From positions 1 to 61,052 of the IMG/VR virus record IMGVR_UViG_3300046780_000585: a stretch of 61,052 bases of DNA; one strand, written 5' to 3'. Within the stretch, counting starts at the first letter, position 1; each line of letters starts with the position of its first letter. The position numbers and the translations under genes were made by a program. The notes under the pieces were generated by a model that was not told the origin of the DNA, ran no database searches, and was given only the letters and a program-made list of their open reading frames with translations. Shown here piece after piece: positions 39,715 to 47,394 of this stretch. This stretch comes from a virus (lineage: Duplodnaviria; Caudoviricetes).

Positions 39715-40523
39715 CAGACCACCCACCCCGGAAGCAGCAGCGTCACCGCTCCACCACTACCACCTCCGCCAGGCCCGGTCGGTCCCGCCAGCGGCGGTGC
39801 CACCTGCACCCACTGCGTGGAATTGCCGTCGTCGATCCAGATCGACAGGATGCCGGTCGTCAGATCGTACCAGAGATATCCCGGTGTCGGAGAAGCCGGC
39901 GGCGTGCTCGAGCCCGTGTAACCACCGCCACCGCTCCCACCCCCGCTTCCCGCGGCTCCCGTCGGCCCGGTCGCACCCGTATTGGCAGCCGACCCGCCAG
40001 GGCCTGCAGGACCCACCACCCCCTGTGGACCAGGCGCTCCAGTAGGCCCAGCGGCTCCAGCTGCACCGGCACCCCCGGCTGTACCCGACGGACCGGTGGC
40101 GCCCGTGTTGACTGCGGTGCCCGGTGTTCCAGTCGGTCCGGTCTGCCCGACGCGCCCGGTCGGACCCGTGGCACCAGTCGCACCAGTCGCGGACGCCACG
40201 CCAGGGATGCCCGTAGGACCCGTAGAGCCCGTCGGCCCGAGCCCGCTGGCTCCCGTCGCGCCCGTTGGTCCAAGCGTCCCGACACCCACCGGGCCAGTCT
40301 GCCCGATCGATCCCGTCGGACCCGTGATTGCCAGGCCGGTTGGCCCGATTGATCCCGTCGGTCCAGTGAACGCGCCAAGTCCGGTTGGACCGGTAGCCGC
40401 CGCTCCGGTAGGACCCGTAGGACCGGTGCCACCCGTCGGACCGCCAGCCGGACCCGTATGCCCGCCGACAACCACGACCGGTCGCGTCGACACGATGGCA
40501 GGTTCGTTCTTTATGACCGCCAC
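39714..40523 (-). CDS. Collagen-like fibre protein
   Basis: GXT repeats; [18 protein letters not shown]. Confidence 0.8.
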   Translation of the reverse strand: MAVIKNEPAIVSTRPVVVVGGHTGPAGGPTGGTGPTGPTGAAATGPTGLGAFTGPTGSIGPTGLAITGPTGSIGQTGPVGVGTLGPTGATGASGLGPTGSTGPTGIPGVASATGATGATGPTGRVGQTGPTGTPGTAVNTGATGPSGTAGGAGAAGAAGPTGAPGPQGVVGPAGPGGSAANTGATGPTGAAGSGGGSGGGGYTGSSTPPASPTPGYLWYDLTTGILSIWIDDGNSTQWVQVAPPLAGPTGPGGGGSGGAVTLLLPGWVV

Positions 40524-40535
40524 CGTGTCACCTCG

Positions 40536-40910
40536 TCAGGGGTAAGTTATTCCTTGTACGATTTTTACGGTTCCGTGCATGAACGGCCAACGGACCCCAT
40601 AAGAATCAATCATCACGAGATCGTAGACGTACGTACCAGGATCGAGACTAGCCTGGATGTCGGCAGCGGTTACGTTGAAGTGAATGACCCGCTGCACGAC
40701 GTCATCGGTGATTATGCGCCCGTTGGCGGTCGTGAGCGACAACAACGGTGTCTTGTCGTAGGCATTGAGCTGCACGTCCATCTCAAATGTGCAGCCAGTA
40801 AGTGTCCATGTCAGATCGGTGGGATCGTCGAACTGGTAGGCGTCGCTCCAGCTGCCGTTGTTGTCGACGACCATGGGCTCATATGCCGAAGTAACGCTAT
40901 GCTTGTTCAT
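40536..40910 (-). CDS. Virion structural protein (BppU N-terminal-like)
   Basis: LTGCTFEM..LSLTTANGRI..GTYVYDLVM..GTVKIVQGIT. Confidence 0.65.
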   Translation of the reverse strand: MNKHSVTSAYEPMVVDNNGSWSDAYQFDDPTDLTWTLTGCTFEMDVQLNAYDKTPLLSLTTANGRIITDDVVQRVIHFNVTAADIQASLDPGTYVYDLVMIDSYGVRWPFMHGTVKIVQGITYP

Positions 40911-40914
40911 GGCG

Positions 40915-41568
40915 CTATCTCAACGGCGTTGGTGTCGGATTGACGTTGTACGTGCTCATGCCGCGCTTTTGGCCCGTCACCCGGAACTGCTGCGGATAAG
41001 CCCACGCCTGCGAGCCGACGGTATTCGCCCGCATCATCGCCACCCGAGCACGCGCGATCTTATCGCGGAACCTGGTCAGATGGAATTGCGCCAACGTAGG
41101 GTTGGAATAGCTCTGCCCCGGCTGCAGCATCATGTTGCCGAGAATGCCGCTGAGAATCGCCTGGCCGTGCGCCGGCAGCACCCAATCCGGAATATGCGGC
41201 GGCACGCATTCCAGCGGATCGGTCACGTTCTTAACGACGATGGCCGTCATCGGCTGCGTGTTCGTATAGGGATAGAGAAAATGCACCGTCCCGATCACCG
41301 GCATGACCGCCGCCTGCGGCACGTTGTTCTGATCCAGTACACCGTACAGCCGCAATATCCGGCCAGTCGACGGATGCAGCGGATAGTCCAGCAACTCCGG
41401 TATCACCGTTATGCCGATGCTCTCCTGCCAGCAATTCGAGTCATTGAAAAATTCATCCAGCACATCAAACAGCTGTGCCTGCATGGCGGCCTGCGAGGCC
41501 CCCATCAACGCAGTGTCCGCCTGTCCGAGAATTTTAACCCAGTAGCCCGCAAGGTTGGATTTGCTCAT
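40915..41568 (-). CDS. Tail adaptor protein
   Basis: EFFNDSNCWQE, MMLQPGQSYSNP; position after the capsid gene. Confidence 0.65.
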   Translation of the reverse strand: MSKSNLAGYWVKILGQADTALMGASQAAMQAQLFDVLDEFFNDSNCWQESIGITVIPELLDYPLHPSTGRILRLYGVLDQNNVPQAAVMPVIGTVHFLYPYTNTQPMTAIVVKNVTDPLECVPPHIPDWVLPAHGQAILSGILGNMMLQPGQSYSNPTLAQFHLTRFRDKIARARVAMMRANTVGSQAWAYPQQFRVTGQKRGMSTYNVNPTPTPLR

Positions 41569-42017
41569 TGTCCTTGTTGTCCTCTGCCTGGCCCTGAACC
41601 ACCGGCCACGCCAGGCAACGCACGGCCGACCAGTCCGGCGCTGAACAGCGCGAAATACGAAGTCGCCCGGCTGTCCTGGACGTCCTCTTGATCGCGCTCC
41701 AGCGCGTGCGCGCATATCCCGTGCAGGATCGCCAACCGGAACTGCGGCTCCATGTCGACGTAGGTGTCATCCACCTCAGTGAACGCCTGCGTCTGCCCGC
41801 GCGTCCGCATGTTAAAGATGAACAGATCAGTGCGCAGCCGCCGTGCTTCCAGCAGAGTGACATTTAGAGACGTCAGCAAGGAAGCGTCGTCATACCGATA
41901 AGGCGGAACGACATCCTGCAACAGCGTGCGCGCGTCGGCAACGTAATCGGCGACAGTGGCAAGCGTAGGCTGATCGCGGTCGCTGAAATTCCCAAAAAAA
42001 CTTGCGCTAGTCGACAT
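41565..42017 (-). CDS. Head-tail adaptor/completion protein
   Basis: ARTLLQD..YRYDDASLL..LN..RLRTDLF; GGAG SD. Confidence 0.7.
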   Translation of the reverse strand: MSTSASFFGNFSDRDQPTLATVADYVADARTLLQDVVPPYRYDDASLLTSLNVTLLEARRLRTDLFIFNMRTRGQTQAFTEVDDTYVDMEPQFRLAILHGICAHALERDQEDVQDSRATSYFALFSAGLVGRALPGVAGGSGPGRGQQGQ

Positions 42018-42062
42018 GGGGCTTCTCCAGAGACGGCCACACACATGGAACTAACATTTATA

Positions 42063-42086
42063 CAAAGGGGGCTGTAAACCCCCTCT
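42063..42086 (-). terminator. Hairpin after the capsid stop (possible terminator/attenuator)
   Basis: CAGAGGGGG-TTTACAG-CCCCCTTTG. Confidence 0.5.
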
Positions 42087-42104
42087 GTTAACAATGGGCG
42101 TACC

Positions 42105-44805
42105 TTATCCGCCCGAGATGACCTGCGCCTGACAGAGCGCAGTTCCGTCGATTACCTGATCCTTTATCTTCATAACGAGACGCTACTCTCGCTACCGCCT
42201 TTCGGCTGCTGCATGTTCCCATGCAGAGGAGACTATATCATCACCCACTTGGGGTGCCGGGCGCTTCGGACCGCTTGGTCCTACGAGCTTGCGCTCTAGT
42301 CGTTGCACCTTCCGCTCACGCGGCTTGGCTCAGGATTGGCCGGTCTGGCGTTCCCCTGAATTCACCCGGTTGTTCGATGCCGATTACTCGGCAAAGGGAC
42401 TTCAAGATTGTTAATCCGTACACCTGCAGGCCGCGAAGGATCTGACCAAACGTTAGCTCAGAGCGCAGAGTCTCGAGTTTCGAAATTTGCGATGCGAACG
42501 TAATCCCGTGGGCGTGGCCAGCAAAGATCGGAAACTCGCCCGCTGAGAAGTTGGCTGAATCGCTCGCGTTGGTCGGCAGCAGGTTCGAGATATACAACGT
42601 GAATCGATCAATCATTCCGAGCCGGCCATTGCGCAGCATCGAGACCGGATCGCCCGACAGATAGGCCTGCCTGAGTTCCGACTGCTTGATCTGTCGTCCG
42701 GCCCACGCCGGCATCACCACCCAGCGGCCGACCTCCGGGATGTTCTGCTCGTCGAGGCACTCCCCCATGCGCAGAAGCAGATCAATCAGATTGGACTGAC
42801 CGGCCGTCGCACCCTGCCCGACCACCGTGATCGGCGTGCCCTTGATGCCGAGGTTGAGATTGGCGTACTTCCCGGCCGTCGCGCCGCGGTTGGTCGCCGC
42901 GCATTGCCCGACGATGCCGTCGAGCACTTCCGTGTCGACCGCGATCTTTAGCTGCTGTGCCGCATCCCTTATCTTCATAACGAGACGCTACTCTCGTTAC
43001 CGCCTTTTGGGCTGCTGCATGTTCCCATGCAGAGGAGACTATATCATCACCCCTTTCGGGGGCCGGGCGCTTCGGACCGCTTGGCCCTACGAGCTTTCGC
43101 TCTAGTCGTTGCACCTTCCGCTTGCGCGGCTTGGCTCAGGATTGGCCGGTCTGGCGTTCCCCTGAATTCACCCGGTTGTTCGATGCTAATTGCTCAAGCA
43201 AAGGGACTCTGACGAATCCGACCAAATAGACAGGACATTCAGATCGCTCTGCACCTCCATCACGTCGTCGAGGATCAGAGAGAAGTAAAAGCCGTTGCCG
43301 ATGTAGAGTTCGACCGAGCCTCCAGTCGGTCGATCAAGACCGAGCAAACCGTCCGCCTGATACTTGCGGATCGTGATCGTAGGCTTCGTCCGGATTTTCA
43401 CCCGGTCGCCTTGGTTCGCGATTTCGCCTTCGTAGTCGGTCGCTAGCGTCTCAGGCGCTTACCTGATCTGCTTCCCACTGTCGCTTACGCTGTTGCGCAC
43501 CAGGTCCCATGAACGACGGAATATCACGTACCGTCGCCAGAAGCCTGGCCACTTCAGCGCCCGGACCACTCAGTCTGTGCGGCTGGACTTGGAGTTGTTT
43601 CATCGCCAATTGGATACGCTCCGCGTCGCGGAAATGTCCCATCCTGGCGCAACCAATAAGAAAATACGCCTGATCGTTCTTGAGCACCATGTGCTTGGCC
43701 AATGCAGTTTTACCGCTCTCGAACATCGAGCGGACTTTGGCCGCGTCCATAGACAGCACCCAATTAACCATCGACGTACCATTCTCGGTTACAAACTCCT
43801 GAACGGATCCTCCGTAAGCCTTCTGCAACAGATCGATACCAACCCGTTCGAAGGCTTCATCGCATACCGAAAGCACCGGCTGTGCCGACATGCCCTTTGG
43901 AATGCGAATTGCAAACGATCCGTTCCCGTCGATATATCCGGCTGCCCATTTTCGTGTCGGATGTTTCGGCATTGGAGATGCGCCTCGCGCTGCATCAAAC
44001 CGCTGCTTCCCCACCTGCACGTCCATAACCTCGCCGTTCATATCGATGGCGCAGTCGGCAAGTGCTCTTTTCAAGACCAGGAACTTGCGAAGCCGCATCA
44101 GAACGCTGACAGCCTTGGTGCCCGCTGTATTCCAGTGAAAAGCACCACTCTTTTCATACATTCCAATATGCCCCCACACTTTATCGAGTGAAGGCGGCGT
44201 CAGACTGGACGCAATCAACTCCATGAAACTACGACCCGGTGCTTTCTGACAAAACGAAACTACAGCGTAAGCACGCTGCGGCCCTGTTCCGTCCCAGTTT
44301 TCGCGCCGCATCGGTGGATTCCACATCAACTGAATGCTTCCATCGCTATCCAACAGTCCTGCAAGGTACTTGTCGCTGAGCCGGTCCTTGCCTCTGGTTC
44401 CCTTCGGTTCCAGTTTTTCAGGTCCGGTATTGCTCGAACTACCGTTTAATTCGAGATCGCGCTCAACACGGTTGAGGCGTAGCTTTCCGACAAAAGCCGG
44501 ACCGACTATCGCTTCAGGGGCAACCCCTGCTGGATCACTTAGTCTGTGCGGGTGCGTGCTCATGCTTCCCTCGGGTTCCAGCCAACTATGAAGGTTCCCG
44601 TTTTTCAGATCCAGTTTAAAGAAGTCCTAGCGAACTTCTCGACCAGCTTAGCTGCATTCAGAACTGATCAAATTTGGCCAGCTTGGAACCAAATTTCCGG
44701 AATAAAGCCCGTTGATTGGAGTAGGTTTCCGGTAGACCCTACGGGGGTCAGGGGCGGGACTGAGCCTGACGTTGCGCCAGGAAAACCCGCACTCGGGATA
44801 GGCAT
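42105..44805 (-). CDS. Major capsid protein, six exons: 44805-44688, 44654-44633, 44482-44449, 43440-43216, 42966-42414, 42160-42105 (335 aa spliced)
   Basis: Joined exons total 1008 nt with no internal stop: ..GFIPEIWSAKLVEKFYASTVLSAISNTDYEGEIANQGDRVKIR..WSDDAAQQLK..RGLQVYGYQVIDG..*; follows the scaffold gene. Confidence 0.92.
42161..42413 (-). mobile_element. Group I intron 5 (253 nt, no ORF, IA-like)
   Basis: Exon GGAU pairs with IGS GUCC; P3 CCGGGU/GCCCGG; P7 GACUA/UAGUC; two extra hairpins after P7; terminal G. Confidence 0.92.
42967..43215 (-). mobile_element. Group I intron 4 (249 nt, no ORF, IA-like)
   Basis: Exon GGAU/IGS GUCC; P10 CGUC/GAUG; CAACGACUA..GAUAUAGUC; near-identical to intron 5. 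Confidence 0.92.
43441..44448 (-). mobile_element. Group I intron 3 (1008 nt) carrying a LAGLIDADG ORF
   Basis: P1 CUCGAAU/GUUCGAG; P10 CGGU/ACCG; P3 CCGGACC/GGUCCGG; P4 CUGG/CCAG; P7 5' CAGACUG; terminal G. Confidence 0.88.
43451..44563 (-). CDS. Double-motif LAGLIDADG homing endonuclease/maturase
   Basis: YLAGLLDSDGSI and WAAGYIDGNGSF; the ATG lies in intron 2. Confidence 0.88.
   Translation of the reverse strand: MSTHPHRLSDPAGVAPEAIVGPAFVGKLRLNRVERDLELNGSSSNTGPEKLEPKGTRGKDRLSDKYLAGLLDSDGSIQLMWNPPMRRENWDGTGPQRAYAVVSFCQKAPGRSFMELIASSLTPPSLDKVWGHIGMYEKSGAFHWNTAGTKAVSVLMRLRKFLVLKRALADCAIDMNGEVMDVQVGKQRFDAARGASPMPKHPTRKWAAGYIDGNGSFAIRIPKGMSAQPVLSVCDEAFERVGIDLLQKAYGGSVQEFVTENGTSMVNWVLSMDAAKVRSMFESGKTALAKHMVLKNDQAYFLIGCARMGHFRDAERIQLAMKQLQVQPHRLSGPGAEVARLLATVRDIPSFMGPGAQQRKRQWEADQVSA
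44483..44632 (-). mobile_element. Group I intron 2 (150 nt, minimal)
   Basis: P1 AGAAGUU/GACUUCU; P3 CUGGAUC/GAUCCAG; P4 CGGG/CCCG; P7 CAGACUA/UAGUCG; P8 CAGGGG/CCCCUG; P9 CCGGC/GUCGG; terminal G. Confidence 0.9.
44655..44687 (-). mobile_element. 33-nt core-less group I-type mini-intron (intron 1)
   Basis: UCCAAGCUGGCCAAAUUUGAUCAGUUCUGAAUG; 9-bp P1 with U.G at the splice site; 5-bp P10; terminal G; contains an in-frame UGA. Confidence 0.8.
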
Positions 44806-44808
44806 GAG

Positions 44809-44834
44809 GGTAGCTCCATCGCTTGGGAGCTACC
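44809..44834 (-). promoter_or_regulatory. Hairpin sequestering the capsid SD
   Basis: GGTAGCTCC-CAAGCGAT-GGAGCTACC ends 3 nt before the ATG. Confidence 0.65.
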
Positions 44835-44864
44835 GGTCCTTATAGGATACGGGCGGCCCCCGGT

Positions 44865-45923
44865 TTATCGGTAGCGCCCCTCGCGCTGGGCTGCGAACAT
44901 ATCGGCCTCCAGCCGAGCCCACTCGGCTTCGCGACCGACATACGCACCTTTACGGTGCTGTTCGTACAGCTGCTTGACTTGGGCGCGTGAGTAGATGGGT
45001 TTGTCGGGCGGCACCGAGGCATCGCCTCCGGTTGCCGGCCTGGCCCTGCCAGGGGCTGCCAAGGAGCCTAGATCGACGGCCGGGGTTCGAGGAGGCGGGG
45101 CCTGCTGAACGGCGGGCGAAGGCTCGATGTGACCCGTGGCTTGCTCTTCCTGTAGGAATCCTCTGAAGAACGAGATGACTCTAGGGGCGTCGGCCGCTGA
45201 AATCGCTTCGTTCAACAATTGCTGTCTAACACGGCCCGAAAGCATGTCAAGCGAGAGCAGCCACCTGTGCCAGCGGGGATCGCGGTCGACGTCGCGGAAG
45301 TTCGGCACCGCGAGCTCGAGGCGCTGGTCCAGGTTCCGCCGCGCCTCGACCGCGAGGCGCCGCTGCATCTCGGCGTTCTGCTGCTTGATCTCCTGCAGCT
45401 CGGGGCTTAGCGCCTGCGCGGCGGCGCGCTGGGTGAAGTTGATCAGGTCGCTGCCGTAGTTCTGGACGTCCTGCTCCGTCACGTAAGCCGGTGGCGGCGG
45501 CAGCGAAGACGGTGCGGTGCGCCCATTGTGATAAACCGTCTGCTGGGTCTGTAACAGTTCGTTACCGAGCTGGGTCATCTGCTCCTGCATCTCGGCGAGC
45601 GTCTTCTGCGACGCGTCATAGCGCCCCTTCATCGCCAGATAGCGATGCTCCCAATTCTCAGGCTTGGGCTCGGAGGAAGGAGCGGGTTCCGCAGGCGCTG
45701 GCTCAGCCGGTGGTGTGGCTTGGGCGGCGGGAGCCGGCGCCTGCGGAGCCGGAGCTTCCGGCGGCGGGGCAGAGGGTTGCTCCGGCGCGGGCTCAGCAAG
45801 CTGGCCTTTCTTGTTGTAAAGCGCATCGACCGCCGCGGCACGCTTTTTCACGGCGTCGGGGATCGAGTCCGGATCGATCGGCAGTTTCGCCATCGGCTTT
45901 TCGTCGACGGTCACGTCAGCCAT
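44865..45923 (-). CDS. Capsid scaffolding protein
   Basis: Pro-rich linker, WEHRYLAMKGRYD coiled coil, ends AAQREGR; directly upstream of the capsid gene. Confidence 0.78.
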   Translation of the reverse strand: MADVTVDEKPMAKLPIDPDSIPDAVKKRAAAVDALYNKKGQLAEPAPEQPSAPPPEAPAPQAPAPAAQATPPAEPAPAEPAPSSEPKPENWEHRYLAMKGRYDASQKTLAEMQEQMTQLGNELLQTQQTVYHNGRTAPSSLPPPPAYVTEQDVQNYGSDLINFTQRAAAQALSPELQEIKQQNAEMQRRLAVEARRNLDQRLELAVPNFRDVDRDPRWHRWLLSLDMLSGRVRQQLLNEAISAADAPRVISFFRGFLQEEQATGHIEPSPAVQQAPPPRTPAVDLGSLAAPGRARPATGGDASVPPDKPIYSRAQVKQLYEQHRKGAYVGREAEWARLEADMFAAQREGRYR

Positions 45924-46131
45924 GTCTTATCTCCTCCAGGATGCGCAGCAATTTCTTGCATTGCTGGGCGTGGCCCTGCATGACCGGCAGATCGCCAGTC
46001 GCTTGCACCATCAGGTCGGTGGTTTGGGCCGAATAATTAGCAAAAGCAGCGACGAATTTCTCGTACTGCTGCGGGGCCGCGTTCCGCAGGAACCGGGTCG
46101 CTTCAGAAATTTCCTTGGTCGATACGCTCAT
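45916..46131 (-). CDS. Hypothetical protein
   Basis: QGHAQ motif; coupled to the scaffold gene. Confidence 0.65.
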   Translation of the reverse strand: MSVSTKEISEATRFLRNAAPQQYEKFVAAFANYSAQTTDLMVQATGDLPVMQGHAQQCKKLLRILEEIRHG

Positions 46132-46349
46132 CTCGACAATGTGCGAGCCATCACCCGCTTCACCTCGATGTCGAGGAATTCCGGCAGCACACCAGAATCG
46201 TCGCGCAAACGACGGCGTATTTCGTCATGAAGAAACACGAGGTACCTGTAGAATGCAATGTCGTACCACTCTACCAGACAATCGATCGTCTGCGGTGACA
46301 CTGTCGTTGTCACCCCGGCGGAAAGAGTTTTTGCGCGTTTCGTGCTCAT
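46128..46349 (-). CDS. Hypothetical protein
   Basis: ATGA-coupled at both ends. Confidence 0.55.
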   Translation of the reverse strand: MSTKRAKTLSAGVTTTVSPQTIDCLVEWYDIAFYRYLVFLHDEIRRRLRDDSGVLPEFLDIEVKRVMARTLSR

Positions 46350-46600
46350 TGCCCTGGGTCGGTAGGGTCAGGCACCCCGGGCGGGGTCCCGGCCATGGGC
46401 GGGCTCGAGCCGAGCGGTGGCCCGCCCAACGGCGGGGCCGGCATCTGCGACTGATCGCTGGTCGGCTGCGGATCCGCAGGAAAGCTACTCTGCGGCGGCG
46501 CCATCGGGTTCATAGGCCGCTGAGACGAACCCTTGCCGACATGCTTGACCACGCGGCCGTGCTTCGAAAGGGGGGTAAGATGCTTCTTAAATGGTGCCAT
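46346..46600 (-). CDS. Basic/Pro-rich hypothetical protein
   Basis: GGAGG SD before MAPFKKHLTPL. Confidence 0.6.
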   Translation of the reverse strand: MAPFKKHLTPLSKHGRVVKHVGKGSSQRPMNPMAPPQSSFPADPQPTSDQSQMPAPPLGGPPLGSSPPMAGTPPGVPDPTDPGQ

Positions 46601-46805
46601 AGGGTTTTGGCCCTCCGTAGCCGATGCCGGCGCCCTGGACGCCGAAGTTCGGCGCTCCCGAAAGCGGCGTGCCGCCCTTGCCGTAGTCACGGGTGGAGAT
46701 GGGCTTGAGCCGCGGGGGCACCGATACGGCCTTGGTGGGGTCGATCGGCTTGGGCGCCTTCGGCATCGGCACCTTGGGCATGCGCGGTCCCATTCCTCGT
46801 GCCAT
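46587..46805 (-). CDS. Basic hypothetical protein
   Basis: TGATG coupling. Confidence 0.6.
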   Translation of the reverse strand: MARGMGPRMPKVPMPKAPKPIDPTKAVSVPPRLKPISTRDYGKGGTPLSGAPNFGVQGAGIGYGGPKPYGTI

Positions 46806-47032
46806 CAGCGGGCACCTGTTTGCCCGGCCGTCGCCGGCACTGACGGATTGAATCCGAACATCTTGCCTGATCCGCCGCTGGCGAACTTGGCACCAGGAGC
46901 GCTGCTCTGATCCTTGCCGGTGTCGCCCGGCTTGTCCGGGCCCGCCGCCTGCGGTCCGAACATGTGATTGTCCGAACCCCCTTTAGCAAACTCGACATTC
47001 TTTTCGGATTCCACTTTCGACTTCTCGGCCAT
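46805..47032 (-). CDS. Hypothetical protein
   Basis: GGAGG SD; two FAxGG...MFG repeats. Confidence 0.65.
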   Translation of the reverse strand: MAEKSKVESEKNVEFAKGGSDNHMFGPQAAGPDKPGDTGKDQSSAPGAKFASGGSGKMFGFNPSVPATAGQTGAR

Positions 47033-47074
47033 GTTTGCCTCCTGCTGGTTTCCACGCATTCTACCGTAACCCCA

Positions 47075-47356
47075 TCAATCGAACAACAGATCGAGGATGA
47101 CCTCGTGTCTCGATCCGGCCGGCTGTACCGGCACGTTAACCGTGACAACCGGACTGTCGAGGGTCGCTGAATCAGCTCCAGCGATCGCCACGACACCTGT
47201 CGGAGGCGGAAACTTGCTACTGGAAGACGCCCCGCCGAACCAATTGACGATAGCACCTGCTACGCTAGTAGGACCGCTGGTCCCGACCCAATAAGGGCTG
47301 ATGTTCAAATTAAACGAAAACGACGTCGAGACCCCATCCGCCACTGCCCACGTCAT
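47075..47356 (-). CDS. Hypothetical protein; start uncertain
   Basis: Fills the gap in the operon. Confidence 0.5.
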   Translation of the reverse strand: MTWAVADGVSTSFSFNLNISPYWVGTSGPTSVAGAIVNWFGGASSSSKFPPPTGVVAIAGADSATLDSPVVTVNVPVQPAGSRHEVILDLLFD

Positions 47357-47394
47357 GACCCGAACAGCTTTTTGAATCGCCACCGCAACCCCCC

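Noticed and set aside
35549-40523. Dense short repeats as a CRISPR array
   Set aside because: They are 9-nt-period collagen codons with no repeat-spacer structure, and no cas genes are present.
42161-43215. Twin ~250-nt repeats as DGR TR/VR or IS ends
   Set aside because: There is no reverse transcriptase or transposase, and both fold as group I introns.
42316-43401. ORF-track entries 42316..42978 and 43186..43401 as separate genes
   Set aside because: They are capsid exons 5 and 4 with intron sequence read at their ends.
44668-44670. In-frame UGA as selenocysteine or genome-wide stop recoding
   Set aside because: TGA ends many genes here with ATGA coupling, and precise P1/P10 pairing explains the insert better. 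Readthrough is not formally excluded.
42105-44805. Capsid gene as a decayed pseudogene
   Set aside because: Every break has group I splice signals, and the exons join in frame with no other lesions.
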